Source: Marmoricola sp.
GTDB taxonomy: Bacteria > Actinomycetota > Actinomycetes > Propionibacteriales > Nocardioidaceae
Assembly: GCA_035695505.1 (NCBI GenBank)
Contig: DASRRQ010000152.1
Location: forward strand, 13,353-77,352
Reading direction: 5' to 3'
Length of the DNA: 64,000 nt
Shown here: positions 37,068 to 46,527 of the stretch, piece by piece
How the letters are laid out: each line of letters begins with the position of its first letter
Numbering within the stretch: the stretch's first letter is position 1
Position numbers and translations under genes: made by a program
The notes under the pieces: generated by a model
Seen by the model: only the letters and a program-made list of their open reading frames with translations
Database searches by the model: none
What the model was told of the DNA's origin: nothing

Positions 37068-37736
37068 TCAGGGAGCGGGACGCACCAAGCCATTGTCGTA
37101 GGCGTAGACGATGGCGGCGGGTCGGTCGCGGAGGTCGAGCTTGGTGAAGATCCGGCCGACGTGGCTCTTCACGGTGAGCTCGGAGATGAACAGGTCGCCG
37201 GCGATCTCGGTGTTGGAACGGCCGGCGGCCATTGCGCAGAGCACCTCGAGCTCGCGCGCGGTCAGCACCTCGTGGTCCCCGGGAGCATCGGCGACCGGGC
37301 TGCTGGCGCGATAGCTGGTCAAGATCCGGCCAGTGACCGACGGATCCAGCCAGGAGTCGCCCGCAGCCACGGTCCGCACCGCTCGGATCAGGTCATCAGC
37401 CGAGGAGTCCTTGAGTAGGAAGCCGGCAGCGCCGGCGCGTAGTGCCCCGGAAAGCATCTCGTCGTCGTCGAAGGTGGTCAGCACCAGCACCGGCGGCGCG
37501 CCCGCTCGCTGGGCCAGCGCCCGGGTCGCAGTGATCCCATCGACCTCGCGCATCCGCAGGTCCATCACCACGATGTCGGTCTCGTGGGTGTCCAGGACGG
37601 CCGGGAGCTCCGAGCCGTCGCCGCACTCAGCGACGATCTCGAATCCGTCGCGGCGGCGCAGGATCCGGCGCAGGCCCGAGCGGACCAGCTCCTGGTCGTC
37701 GACCAGGACCACCCGGATCAGCTCCTCGACGGTCAC
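37068..37736 (-). CDS. NarL/LuxR-family response regulator
   Basis: VLVDDQ, MDLRM, VLTTFD, LLKD, LTARELEVL...TVKSHV HTH. Confidence 0.92.
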   Translation of the reverse strand: MTVEELIRVVLVDDQELVRSGLRRILRRRDGFEIVAECGDGSELPAVLDTHETDIVVMDLRMREVDGITATRALAQRAGAPPVLVLTTFDDDEMLSGALRAGAAGFLLKDSSADDLIRAVRTVAAGDSWLDPSVTGRILTSYRASSPVADAPGDHEVLTARELEVLCAMAAGRSNTEIAGDLFISELTVKSHVGRIFTKLDLRDRPAAIVYAYDNGLVRPAP

Positions 37737-39019
37737 CAGACTGCCTTCGGCGTCAGCTCGGGAGCGACCGTCGGCATCCGCCACGGACAGGAGAGCAGGC
37801 CGTTGCGCTCACGCAGCGGCACCCTCAGGTCGACGAGCCAGTCCTCGCCCGCGCGGGCAGCGGTCAGTGTCGCGCCGAGCTGCTCCGCGCGTGCGGCCAT
37901 CCCGGCCAGACCTGAGCCGCTGCCATCGGTCGACGTCACGGCGGGCAAGGTGTTGCGGACGACGAGGTGGGCCTCCCGCGGCGTCACGCTGAGCTCGACC
38001 CGCGCGGTCGTCGCTGGCGCGTGCTTAGCGATGTTGGCCAGCGACTCCTGCACGATCCGGTACAGGCCGAGCCCGGTCGCTTGGGCCAGCCGGTCCGGGT
38101 CGCCGGTCTCGATGTAGCGCACCGCGAGGCCGGCGCGCTCCATTTGCGCGACCAGGTCGCCGATGTCGCTGCCGCCGGGCAGCGCCCGGGTCGCCGAGGG
38201 ACCGTCGGCCAGCGCGCTGACCGTCTGCCTGATGTCGGCCATCGCCTGGCGGCCGACGCGCTCGGCGTCGGCCAGTGCCTCGTCGACCTCGGCGACCGCC
38301 GCCTGCGGGCCGTCGACGTCGCGCAGCGAGTGCCGGGCACCAGTGATCTGCAGCAGCGTCACCGACAGCGAGTGCGCCACCAGGTCGTGGATCTCGCGGG
38401 CGATCCGCTCGCGCTCGGCCAAGGTCGCGCGCGCGTACTCGCCTTCGCGCGCGGTGCGCTCGGCCCCGAGCGCGCGCATCTGCCAGAGCAGGGTGTAGCC
38501 GATCACGAACCCGAGCAGGACGTCGACGACCTGCAACGGCGCGCCCGGCATCCCTGGCCCGATCACCGCGGCGCCGACCATCACCTCGGAGATCGCGGCG
38601 ACGATCAGCCCGTTGCGGGCGCCATCGCGGGCGGTGACCTCGGCGGTGACGAACGCCAGCAGTCCGGGCGCGACGTCGAAGGCGTGTGATGCAGTCACAT
38701 GGTCGGAGAACAACCAGCCGGCCGCCACGAGGGCCGCGAGCGTCTCCAACCACAACGGGAGCTTGTAGCCCAGGACCAGCATCAGGAACCCGGGGAGCAG
38801 CACCAGTGCCAACGTGAGGGCGATCAGGCCCGGCGGCAGCAGCGCGTCGCGCAGGGCCAGCCCACCTGCGACGGCGCTGATCTGGCCGACACCGGAGAGC
38901 ACCGGCATCCACCAGGGGTAGAGCAGGCCGTACTCGGCGATGTTCTCCTCGATCGACGTGCGCACCAGCACCGGAAGCGACCTCAGGGTCGCGGCGAAGG
39001 GGGAGTCGAGGGGGCGCAC
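37733..39019 (-). CDS. Membrane sensor histidine kinase (HisKA_3)
   Basis: TM region, ERERIAREIHDLVAHSL, YRIVQESLANIAKHA, GSGLAGM; GTGA overlap with the regulator. Confidence 0.9.
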   Translation of the reverse strand: MRPLDSPFAATLRSLPVLVRTSIEENIAEYGLLYPWWMPVLSGVGQISAVAGGLALRDALLPPGLIALTLALVLLPGFLMLVLGYKLPLWLETLAALVAAGWLFSDHVTASHAFDVAPGLLAFVTAEVTARDGARNGLIVAAISEVMVGAAVIGPGMPGAPLQVVDVLLGFVIGYTLLWQMRALGAERTAREGEYARATLAERERIAREIHDLVAHSLSVTLLQITGARHSLRDVDGPQAAVAEVDEALADAERVGRQAMADIRQTVSALADGPSATRALPGGSDIGDLVAQMERAGLAVRYIETGDPDRLAQATGLGLYRIVQESLANIAKHAPATTARVELSVTPREAHLVVRNTLPAVTSTDGSGSGLAGMAARAEQLGATLTAARAGEDWLVDLRVPLRERNGLLSCPWRMPTVAPELTPKAVW

Positions 39020-39204
39020 GGTTCCAAGAGTAGGGAAGGCGGGCCCCGGGCGGCATCCCTCTGCAGGAGGCCGCGCCGCTCCTACCAGGGTCGTAGTGCG
39101 AAGGGGTACTGCGGGCCGATGGGTGCGGGCCCGCAAGTCCGTAGGTTCGGTGTAACGGAGAACGGGCCGACCTGGCCCGGCGAACCACACAGAGGGTGAT
39201 CCCC

Positions 39205-39540
39205 ATGAGCTGGACCGAGACGCACCGCCGCTGGCAGGCACTGCAGGAGATCGAGGCACTGGCGAACGCCGGCTGCGACGAGCTCCCCTGGAACGCCGAG
39301 TACGCCGAGATCTTCGGCGACCGCGACTCCCTGGCTGCCGCGCTCCACTACCGCTGGCGGCTGACCCGAGACGCCCAGCTCGACACCCATCTCGCCGAGC
39401 CGGTGCTCGAAGAGCAGCGGACCCGGCTCGAGGCTCGCAATGCCGGGGTACTCCGGCTGCTGCGCAACCACGGGACCAGGGTCGCGCCGGTGCTCACGAT
39501 CGTCCCCCTCGCCCCGGCCGTCGACTGCGTCTCTGCCTGA
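39205..39540 (+). CDS. Hypothetical small protein
   Basis: GC3-biased ORF MSWTETHRRWQAL... with a GAGG RBS, divergent from the two-component system. Confidence 0.7.
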   Translation: MSWTETHRRWQALQEIEALANAGCDELPWNAEYAEIFGDRDSLAAALHYRWRLTRDAQLDTHLAEPVLEEQRTRLEARNAGVLRLLRNHGTRVAPVLTIVPLAPAVDCVSA

Positions 39541-39606
39541 CGCGGCGCTCGGAGATATCCCCAAGCCGGTCATGGCGCCCGGTTTGTCGGGATATCGTGA
39601 CGCGTT

Positions 39607-40683
39607 GTGAGGAAGCTCTGGCTCGTCGCCGGCGTCGGCGTCGCGTGGCTCGTGACGTTCATCGTCATGGGCGGCAGTGTGCTGCCTGCGCTGTCCTCGG
39701 ATTCCCCGCACAGCAAGGCCTCCTCGACGCCGGGAGCGGGCGCGGCGCCGTCCACGACCCCGACGTCGCCGGTCGTCTCGACACCGACGAGCACCCCGAC
39801 CGGTCGGGCGAGCTCCGGTCCCGGCAAGCTCGCCGTCGACGCCGAGGCGCTCGCGAACGCCAAGACCGTCGCCGGCTCGACGCTCCAGGCCCGGCCGGTG
39901 CAGCGGCGCTCGACACCGCCGGCGCTGGACTTCCGGATGGCGACCTACAACGCGCTCGGCGCGTCGCACACGGTGCACAACCGCAAGCGCGGGCCGGGTG
40001 CGGCCCGGATGGCGACCGGCGCGCAGTACGTGCTGGACCATGACTTCTCGATCGTCGGCTTCCAGGAGCTGCAGGCTGTCCAGCGCGCGACGTTCATGAG
40101 TGAGACCACGGACAAGTTCGGACTGTTCCCCGGCGGCACCAAGCCCAGCGGCGACGGCGACACCTCGATCGCCTACCGGCTCGACACCTGGAAGCTGATC
40201 AGCGCGACCACGATCCCGATGCCGTACTTCTACGGCGAGACCCGGAATCTGCCGATCCTGCTGCTGCGCAACAAGCAGACCGGGATCAAGGCGTACTTCA
40301 CGAACTTCCATAACCCGGCCGATGTGCACGGCCCGGCGGCGAAGTGGCGCGCGATCGACAAGACCAAGCAGATCGCGTTGTTCAAGAACCTGGAGAAGTC
40401 CGGCTACCCCGTGTTCGTCACCGGCGACATGAACGAGCACCGCACCTGGGCCTGCAGCATCGTCGGCCCCGATGACATGCGGATGGCGGCCGGCGGTGAC
40501 GGCCGCAACGGCTGCACCGTGCAGACCAATCGGATCATCGACTGGATCGGGGCGTCGTACGACGTGACGTTCTCGAACTATGTCGAGGACCGCAGCCCGC
40601 TGGTCGCCTCGATCACCGACCATCCGATCATCTCCACCGACGTCCGGATCGACAGCCGGGACTTCCCCAAGTCGGTCAGCTAG
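39607..40683 (+). CDS. Exported endonuclease/exonuclease/phosphatase (EEP) family protein
   Basis: N-terminal TM or signal, Ser/Thr/Pro linker, then TYN, GFQE, GDMNE, IDWI, TDHP. Confidence 0.82.
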   Translation: MRKLWLVAGVGVAWLVTFIVMGGSVLPALSSDSPHSKASSTPGAGAAPSTTPTSPVVSTPTSTPTGRASSGPGKLAVDAEALANAKTVAGSTLQARPVQRRSTPPALDFRMATYNALGASHTVHNRKRGPGAARMATGAQYVLDHDFSIVGFQELQAVQRATFMSETTDKFGLFPGGTKPSGDGDTSIAYRLDTWKLISATTIPMPYFYGETRNLPILLLRNKQTGIKAYFTNFHNPADVHGPAAKWRAIDKTKQIALFKNLEKSGYPVFVTGDMNEHRTWACSIVGPDDMRMAAGGDGRNGCTVQTNRIIDWIGASYDVTFSNYVEDRSPLVASITDHPIISTDVRIDSRDFPKSVS

Positions 40684-40686
40684 CCG

Positions 40687-40720
40687 GCCGGCCCAGCAGC
40701 CGGCCCAGCAGCCGGCTCAG
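40687..40720. repeat. 12-bp tandem repeat GCCGGCCCAGCA x2.8
   Basis: Direct copies at 40687, 40699 and 40711 between convergent stop codons. Confidence 0.7.
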
Positions 40721-42636
40721 CGGGCTCCGGCCAGGAACGCCTTCAGCACCGGGCCCGCCGTCTGCGACCCGGTCTGCCCGTCGGCGACGAACACCGCCAC
40801 CGCCAGGTCTCCTTGCGCGCCGACCATCCAGGCGTGGGTGGGCAGGGCCCCGCCGTTCTTGGCGGTGCCGTACTCGGCGGTGCCAGTCTTGGCGATCACC
40901 GGCGGGCCCGGCAGCGAGGCCAGCGCTGCCCCGGAGCCTTCGGTCACCACTGCCCGCATCAGGGCGCGCAGGCTGGCTGCTTCCGAAGGCGTCAGCGGCT
41001 TAGCCGGGCTCGCGGTCACGGCAGGCAGACCGGAGATGAGATCGGGGACGACGGTGCCGCCACGTACGACGCTGGCCACTACGGTCGCCATCGCCAGCGG
41101 CGAGGCGAGGACCTTGCCCTGGCCGATCAAGTCGGCTGCTGCTTCGGTCTCGCCGGCCGGCGCAGGCACCTGCCCGAAGTACGCCGGGAAGCCGGTGTCG
41201 TGGTCGACGCCGAAGCCGAGCGCCGCAGCAGCGTCGGCCTCGGCGGTGCCGGTGACCTTCGCACGCGAGGAGATGAAGGCGGTGTTGCACGAGTTGGCGA
41301 CCGCGTCACGGAAAGGGATCCGGCCGATCTTGCCCGGCGGGTAGTCGGAGTAGTTCTTGAAGACCTTGCCGTTGACGTCGACGTGCAGTGGGCAGCTCAC
41401 GATCGTCGACGGCGTCAGGCCGGCCCGTAGCAGCGCCAGCGAGCTGACGATCTTGAACGTCGAGCCCGGGGCGTACTGTCCGAAGGTGGCGGTGTTGTAG
41501 CCGTTCGAGCCGGGACCGCTCGCCGCTGCCAGCACCGCGCCGGTCGAGGGCCTGATCGCGACCAGGGCGCTCGCCGGTCCATACCGGGTCAGCAACTGCT
41601 GGGCGAGGGACTGCAGCCGCTGGTCGAGGGTGAGCGCCAGGGGTGTCCCAGCGACAGCTGGGGCGGTGAACAGGACGGTCGAGGCAGCGCTTGCCGCATC
41701 GGTCCCGGACACGGCCTTCACCTCGACGCCGGACGTGCCGGCGAGTTGGGCGTCGTACCGGGACTCGAGTCCGGAGAGCCCAGCGTCGTCGCCCACGTGG
41801 AGCCGGCCGTCGCTCTTCTTGATGATCTCGGCCGTGGCCGGGCCGACGGTGCCGAGCAGCGCAGCAGCGAAGTCCTTCGTCGGCGCCAAGGGCAACTCGT
41901 CAGCGATCGCGCGTGCCCCCGGGATCGACTCGAGCTGCCCGATCAGCCGGTCCGGCACCTCGTCGCGGCGCAGCACCAGGGCCGGGACGAACGCCTTCGG
42001 ACCGGCCGTAGCGACCTCCTTGACGTACGGCGCCGCCGTGATGTGGAGCAGCCCCGCCAGCCGGGTCGCGGACGTGGTCAGATCAGCGCCCGGGTCCTTC
42101 GCTGTCGCCGCCTCCTTGTCGATGCCGAAGCGGATTACCGGGCGCGGCTCGACGAGGGCCTTCCCCCCGGCACCGAGGATGTTCGCGCGCGCCGCGTTCA
42201 GGCCCGTGACGCTGAGGTGCTGGGCGCTGGTCAACGACCGCTCCAGGATGCCCGGAGCCCAGACCACCTTCCAGGTCGACCCGGTCTTGCGCAGTACTGC
42301 GGTGCCGGCGTGGGCCCAGGTCGCCTTCGGCGTCAGCGTGGTCTTCCAGGTCAGTGCCACCGACGCGCGCGAGCCGTCGACGCGGACGTCGCCTGCGGTG
42401 ACCTGCGAGCTGTCGCCGGCCAGCGGCTCGACGAGCTGGTGGTAGCCGGCAGCGGCCCCGCTGGTCGTGAACGCGACGGTGCCCACGTCGCCCTTGCCCA
42501 GTGCCTGAGCGAGCGCATCAGCAGCCTTCTGGGCCTCGTCCTTCGCGCTGTCACCACCGCCGAACAGGCCGCAGCCGCTGGCGAGGAGGGCGAGGAGGAG
42601 CACGACCACCAGGCCGGCGCGGGTCCGAGACGTCAT
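40717..42636 (-). CDS. Class B-like penicillin-binding transpeptidase lipoprotein (NTF2-like N-terminus)
   Basis: Lipobox LASGC; SxxK (PGSTFK), SxN (NSCN), KTG (AKTGTAE). Confidence 0.9.
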   Translation of the reverse strand: MTSRTRAGLVVVLLLALLASGCGLFGGGDSAKDEAQKAADALAQALGKGDVGTVAFTTSGAAAGYHQLVEPLAGDSSQVTAGDVRVDGSRASVALTWKTTLTPKATWAHAGTAVLRKTGSTWKVVWAPGILERSLTSAQHLSVTGLNAARANILGAGGKALVEPRPVIRFGIDKEAATAKDPGADLTTSATRLAGLLHITAAPYVKEVATAGPKAFVPALVLRRDEVPDRLIGQLESIPGARAIADELPLAPTKDFAAALLGTVGPATAEIIKKSDGRLHVGDDAGLSGLESRYDAQLAGTSGVEVKAVSGTDAASAASTVLFTAPAVAGTPLALTLDQRLQSLAQQLLTRYGPASALVAIRPSTGAVLAAASGPGSNGYNTATFGQYAPGSTFKIVSSLALLRAGLTPSTIVSCPLHVDVNGKVFKNYSDYPPGKIGRIPFRDAVANSCNTAFISSRAKVTGTAEADAAAALGFGVDHDTGFPAYFGQVPAPAGETEAAADLIGQGKVLASPLAMATVVASVVRGGTVVPDLISGLPAVTASPAKPLTPSEAASLRALMRAVVTEGSGAALASLPGPPVIAKTGTAEYGTAKNGGALPTHAWMVGAQGDLAVAVFVADGQTGSQTAGPVLKAFLAGAR

Positions 42637-42699
42637 GGAGAGATAGCACCAGAAGGATCCGGGTGTAACAAGCGAGATCGCCAGGCGTAGCCTCCCTGA

Positions 42700-44007
42700 A
42701 TGCAGATCCGGGGGCTCTTCGCCGATACGGCGCCGCTCAAGAACCCGCACTTCCGCCGGCTCTGGATCGCGAACATGGTCACCGTCGTCGGGGCCCAGCT
42801 GACTGTCGTGGCGGTTCCGGCGCAGATCTACGCAGAGACCGGCTCCTCGGCGTACGTCGGGCTGACGGGGTTGTTCGGCCTGATCCCGCTGATCGTCTTC
42901 GGGCTCTGGGGCGGCGCGCTGGCCGACGTGATGGACCGTCGCGCGTTGATGATCATCACGACATTCGGGCTGATCGGGACTAGCGCGGCGTTCTGGGCCC
43001 AGGCCGCTCTCGGCGCCCACAATGTCTGGCTGCTGCTGAGCCTGTTCTCGATCCAGCAGGCGTTCTTCGCGGTCAACCAGCCGACGCGGAGCGCGATCCT
43101 GCCCAAGCTGCTCCCGCCCGCAGAGCTGCCGGCGGCGAACTCGCTGAACATGACCGTGCTGCAGGCCGGGGCCATCGCCGGCCCGATGGTCGGAGGCGCC
43201 CTGATCCCGATCACCGGGTTCTCGCTGCTCTACCTGATCGACACCTGCACCCTGTTCGCCACCCTCGGCGCGGTCGTGCTGCTGCCCAAGCTGCCCGTCG
43301 AGGGCAGCACCGGCAACGCCGGACTGCGCTCGGTGGTGGACGGGCTCGGCTACCTGCGCGGGCACCCGGTACTGCTGACGTCCTTCCTCGTCGACCTGAT
43401 CGCGATGGTCTTCGGGATGCCGCGTGCGCTCTTCCCGGCGATCGCGCATCTCAACTTCAACGGTCCCTCCGATGGTGGCCTCGCGTTCGCACTGCTGTTC
43501 GCGGCGATCCCGATCGGCGCGGTGATCGGCGGCGTCTTCTCGGGCTGGGTCTCCCGGGTCCAGCGCCAAGGCCTCGCCGTGATCGCCTCGATCATCGTGT
43601 GGGGCCTGGCCATCCTGGGTTTCGGCATCGCCGTCGGCGTCGCCGACCACACCGCACGCACGCTGATGCTCGTCCTTGCCGTGCTGATGCTGGTCATCGC
43701 CGGCGCTGCCGACATGGCCTCTGCTGCATTCCGGATGAGCATGCTGCAGGCCTCCGCCTCGGATGCGGTCCGTGGCCGGCTCCAAGGCGTCTTCATCGTG
43801 GTCGTCGCCGGCGGTCCGCGGATCGCCGACGTCGCCCACGGCGGTGCGGCGGCGATCGTGGGCTCGGCTGCAGCGGCTGCCGGTGGCGGCGTGCTGGTGG
43901 TCGTGCTGGTGATCGTCGCGGCCTTCGCCGTCCCGACGTTCATCCGTTACCGGCTGGCGCCGCCGGGACCCGCCGAAGTCTCGACAGGCTCGACCACCAT
44001 TGGCTGA
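42700..44007 (+). CDS. MFS transporter (EntS-like, MFS_3)
   Basis: About 12 TM helices, GGALADVMDRR, RGRLQG; C-terminus encoded by a repeat. Confidence 0.88.
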   Translation: MQIRGLFADTAPLKNPHFRRLWIANMVTVVGAQLTVVAVPAQIYAETGSSAYVGLTGLFGLIPLIVFGLWGGALADVMDRRALMIITTFGLIGTSAAFWAQAALGAHNVWLLLSLFSIQQAFFAVNQPTRSAILPKLLPPAELPAANSLNMTVLQAGAIAGPMVGGALIPITGFSLLYLIDTCTLFATLGAVVLLPKLPVEGSTGNAGLRSVVDGLGYLRGHPVLLTSFLVDLIAMVFGMPRALFPAIAHLNFNGPSDGGLAFALLFAAIPIGAVIGGVFSGWVSRVQRQGLAVIASIIVWGLAILGFGIAVGVADHTARTLMLVLAVLMLVIAGAADMASAAFRMSMLQASASDAVRGRLQGVFIVVVAGGPRIADVAHGGAAAIVGSAAAAAGGGVLVVVLVIVAAFAVPTFIRYRLAPPGPAEVSTGSTTIG

Positions 44008-44020
44008 GCCTGACGAAACC
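43978..44020. repeat. REP-like inverted pair, family B
   Basis: GTCTCGACAGGCTCGACCA ... TGGCTGAGCCTGACGAAACC; similar to 51324-51396. Confidence 0.7.
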
Positions 44021-44027
44021 CTCGCGT

Positions 44028-46466
44028 CTAGGCGGTCACGGTGATGGTGCTCAGCTTGTGCGCCTTGATCTGCGCGGCGGTGAACGGGAAGTTCACCCAC
44101 TCCTTCTTGCTGAACATCACCGTCTGATCCGAGGACCAGGGCGAGTCCGGGTTGTCGGACTGGCCGTAGGTCAAGATCGTGTGCGCGTCGACGACGCCGC
44201 CCGGCAGGAACGAGATCGCCTGGATGTGCGAGGACCCGTAGGTGATCGGCTTGAAGAAGCCCAGGTTGTCGCCCGGGTTCTCCGAGGCGAGCGCGTTCGC
44301 GTTGCCGGCCTCGTCGCCCAGGCCTCCGCCAAGCGGGATCGGCGGAGCGCCCCGGTCGCCGGCCACCTGCAGCGAGCCCCAGGTCGCGTTCATGGGGATG
44401 TGGCGGGCTCGCAGGTCCGCGATCCCCTCCTTCATCGCGGTGACGACCTTGTTGTTCGCGGTGTCGATGGTGCGCGGCGTGTGCAGCGGGTCGGTGGACG
44501 TGAACGGCACCTTCCAGTAGTGCCCGCCGACCAGCCCGCCGTTCGGGAGGTGCGTGACGAACTCCTCGAAGATCTGGTTGCCGCGACTGCTGATGTTCGA
44601 AGTCTTGTTCCACGCGGCGAGCACCGGGCAGGCATTGCCGCCCTTCGCCTCCTGGCAGATCTTGACCAGTGCCGGGGTGCCGATGACCTCTGCACCGCGG
44701 ACCCGGTTCTGGGTCTCGAAGCCACGCAGCTCCTTGGGCGTGATCTTCGCGCCGCCCTTGGTCGCGTCGATGACGTACTGGTCGACCATCTTGGTGCGGA
44801 AGGTCCGGATGCAGTTCTCGCAGCCGATGATGTTGGCGTAGCCGGTCAGCTTCTGGGCAGGGTTGGGCAGCCAGAACGAGTCGTTGGAGTTCATCACCCA
44901 GTCGCGCCTGTAGGTGACCGGCAGCTCCTTGGAGCCGAGGATGCCGGGCCTCTCGGCATCAGCGTCGGTCTTCCACTTGCACGCGGTGTCGGCCAGCGTC
45001 CCATCGAGCGCCGGGAGCCCGGCGAGCAGATCGAGCACCCGGCCGATCGGGGTCATGCAGGCGTTGGCCATCGAGTTCGGCACGGCGGGGACGACCGAGT
45101 GGTCGGCGTACACGACGTCGCCGTTGCGGTCGGCCGCGGTCGTGTTGACCCACGGCATCCCGCCGCCGGCGTCCTGCTTGGCGATCAGGTCGTGGACGTT
45201 CTTCGCCTTGCCCATGTTAAGGAATGTGTCGATGGTGCGGAGCTGCTCGCCGTTGGCATCACGGATAGCGAAGAAGCTCAGCGGGCTCCAGCCCATCAGC
45301 TGCGCCGGGTCGTCGATCACGTAGCCCTGCGGGGTCCGGTACAGCGTCTTGCTGGCAGTGCCGAGCGTCCCGTTGGCGTTCTTCACCTTGACGGTGACGA
45401 CGTCCTTGAGGACCTGCTTGAAGATGCCGTGGGCACTGAGATAGGTGAACGGCGAGCCGACGGTGCGGTACTCGTACGGCGTGAACCGGTACGCCGTGGA
45501 GACAGTGTGGCTCCAGGCGACGTTCTTGTTCCAGCCGATGTTGACGACCGGCGAGCCGATCAGGCTGCCGCCGGCGACGTTGTACTTCCCGGGGATGGTC
45601 AACTGCTGCTGGCTGAACCGGTAGCGCTGGTTCCACGGGAAGTGCGGGTTGCCGAGCAGCTCACCGGAGCCGGTGCTGCTGTCCGCGCCGCCGATCGCCG
45701 TGGCGTTCGAGCCGAACTGCGAGTTCGGTCGCAGCGACTTGGTCAGCTTGGTCGCGCTCGGCAGCGTCGGCGGGACGATGCCGAACGTGGCTAGGCTCGG
45801 AAGGCCCGGGTCCTTCAGCGACGGCGGGGTCGCGTCGACGATCTCTTTGAGGAAGTTGCCGGTCGAGGCAATGATGTTCGCGAGGTACACGCCGTACCAG
45901 ACGTCCAGCGCGGTCACGTCCGGCTTGATGTACGCCGCGCCGCGGCAGGCCGGGTCCTCGATGTTCTTCGAGCCGCCGATGGTCTCGAGGTACTTGTTGA
46001 TACCGGCCGCGTAGCCGACGACCATCGCCCGGGCCTGCGCCCCGGGGCCGGCCTTCGGGTCGGCCAGCAGCTTCTCCACGACCTTGCGGTTGTGCAGATC
46101 GGTGACCAATGCGTCGGACTGCAGATTGGTGCCGTTCATCGCGACGCCGTCGTTGTAGGTGCCGGTAGGCCCGAGGTACTCCGACCGCTCGCCGCGGCCG
46201 GTCAGGAGTACGTCGGCCAGGGTGCAGGTCTCAGTCTGCGCCTCGGCGTACCCGGAGCCGAAGCCGAGCGACCCGAAGTTGGCAGCAGTGATGTGCGGGA
46301 TGCCGTGGTCGGTCCGGATGATCGTGGCCTTGTAGCCCACGGGGTCCACCGACGGCACGGCCGCCGGGACCGCGGAGACTGCGGAGGAGATGTTCGTTGC
46401 CAGGAACGTCGCGACGACAGCGACGGAGGCAGCGCAGGCCAGCAGGCGGGTGTGTGAGGTCACCAT
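44028..46466 (-). CDS. Secreted penicillin-acylase-family Ntn hydrolase (AHL acylase / aculeacin acylase-like)
   Basis: Signal peptide, GIPHI, beta-chain start GSNATAIG, GNPHFPW, AWSHTVS, NSNDS, TYGQS. Confidence 0.88.
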   Translation of the reverse strand: MVTSHTRLLACAASVAVVATFLATNISSAVSAVPAAVPSVDPVGYKATIIRTDHGIPHITAANFGSLGFGSGYAEAQTETCTLADVLLTGRGERSEYLGPTGTYNDGVAMNGTNLQSDALVTDLHNRKVVEKLLADPKAGPGAQARAMVVGYAAGINKYLETIGGSKNIEDPACRGAAYIKPDVTALDVWYGVYLANIIASTGNFLKEIVDATPPSLKDPGLPSLATFGIVPPTLPSATKLTKSLRPNSQFGSNATAIGGADSSTGSGELLGNPHFPWNQRYRFSQQQLTIPGKYNVAGGSLIGSPVVNIGWNKNVAWSHTVSTAYRFTPYEYRTVGSPFTYLSAHGIFKQVLKDVVTVKVKNANGTLGTASKTLYRTPQGYVIDDPAQLMGWSPLSFFAIRDANGEQLRTIDTFLNMGKAKNVHDLIAKQDAGGGMPWVNTTAADRNGDVVYADHSVVPAVPNSMANACMTPIGRVLDLLAGLPALDGTLADTACKWKTDADAERPGILGSKELPVTYRRDWVMNSNDSFWLPNPAQKLTGYANIIGCENCIRTFRTKMVDQYVIDATKGGAKITPKELRGFETQNRVRGAEVIGTPALVKICQEAKGGNACPVLAAWNKTSNISSRGNQIFEEFVTHLPNGGLVGGHYWKVPFTSTDPLHTPRTIDTANNKVVTAMKEGIADLRARHIPMNATWGSLQVAGDRGAPPIPLGGGLGDEAGNANALASENPGDNLGFFKPITYGSSHIQAISFLPGGVVDAHTILTYGQSDNPDSPWSSDQTVMFSKKEWVNFPFTAAQIKAHKLSTITVTA

Positions 46467-46472
46467 GACTCA

Positions 46473-46500
46473 CTAACTAGCCCCGCGGGTTCCGGTTACG
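46473..46500 (-). promoter_or_regulatory. ECF-type promoter CGTAAC-N16-AGTTAG, 6 nt before the acylase ATG
   Basis: Same -35 and spacing as 11406-11433; the -10 is a partial match. Confidence 0.45.
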
Positions 46501-46527
46501 CCACAGTAACTGCTGGCATGAGCGCAG

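Noticed and set aside
39553-39596. Imperfect hairpin GATATCCC...GGGATATC as a riboswitch or ncRNA
   Set aside because: No recognisable aptamer motif; more simply a terminator-like stem after the small ORF.
42637-44613. N-terminal extension making a 1298-aa PBP fusion
   Set aside because: The extension is antisense to the MFS gene. The real PBP begins at ATG 42636 with a lipoprotein signal.
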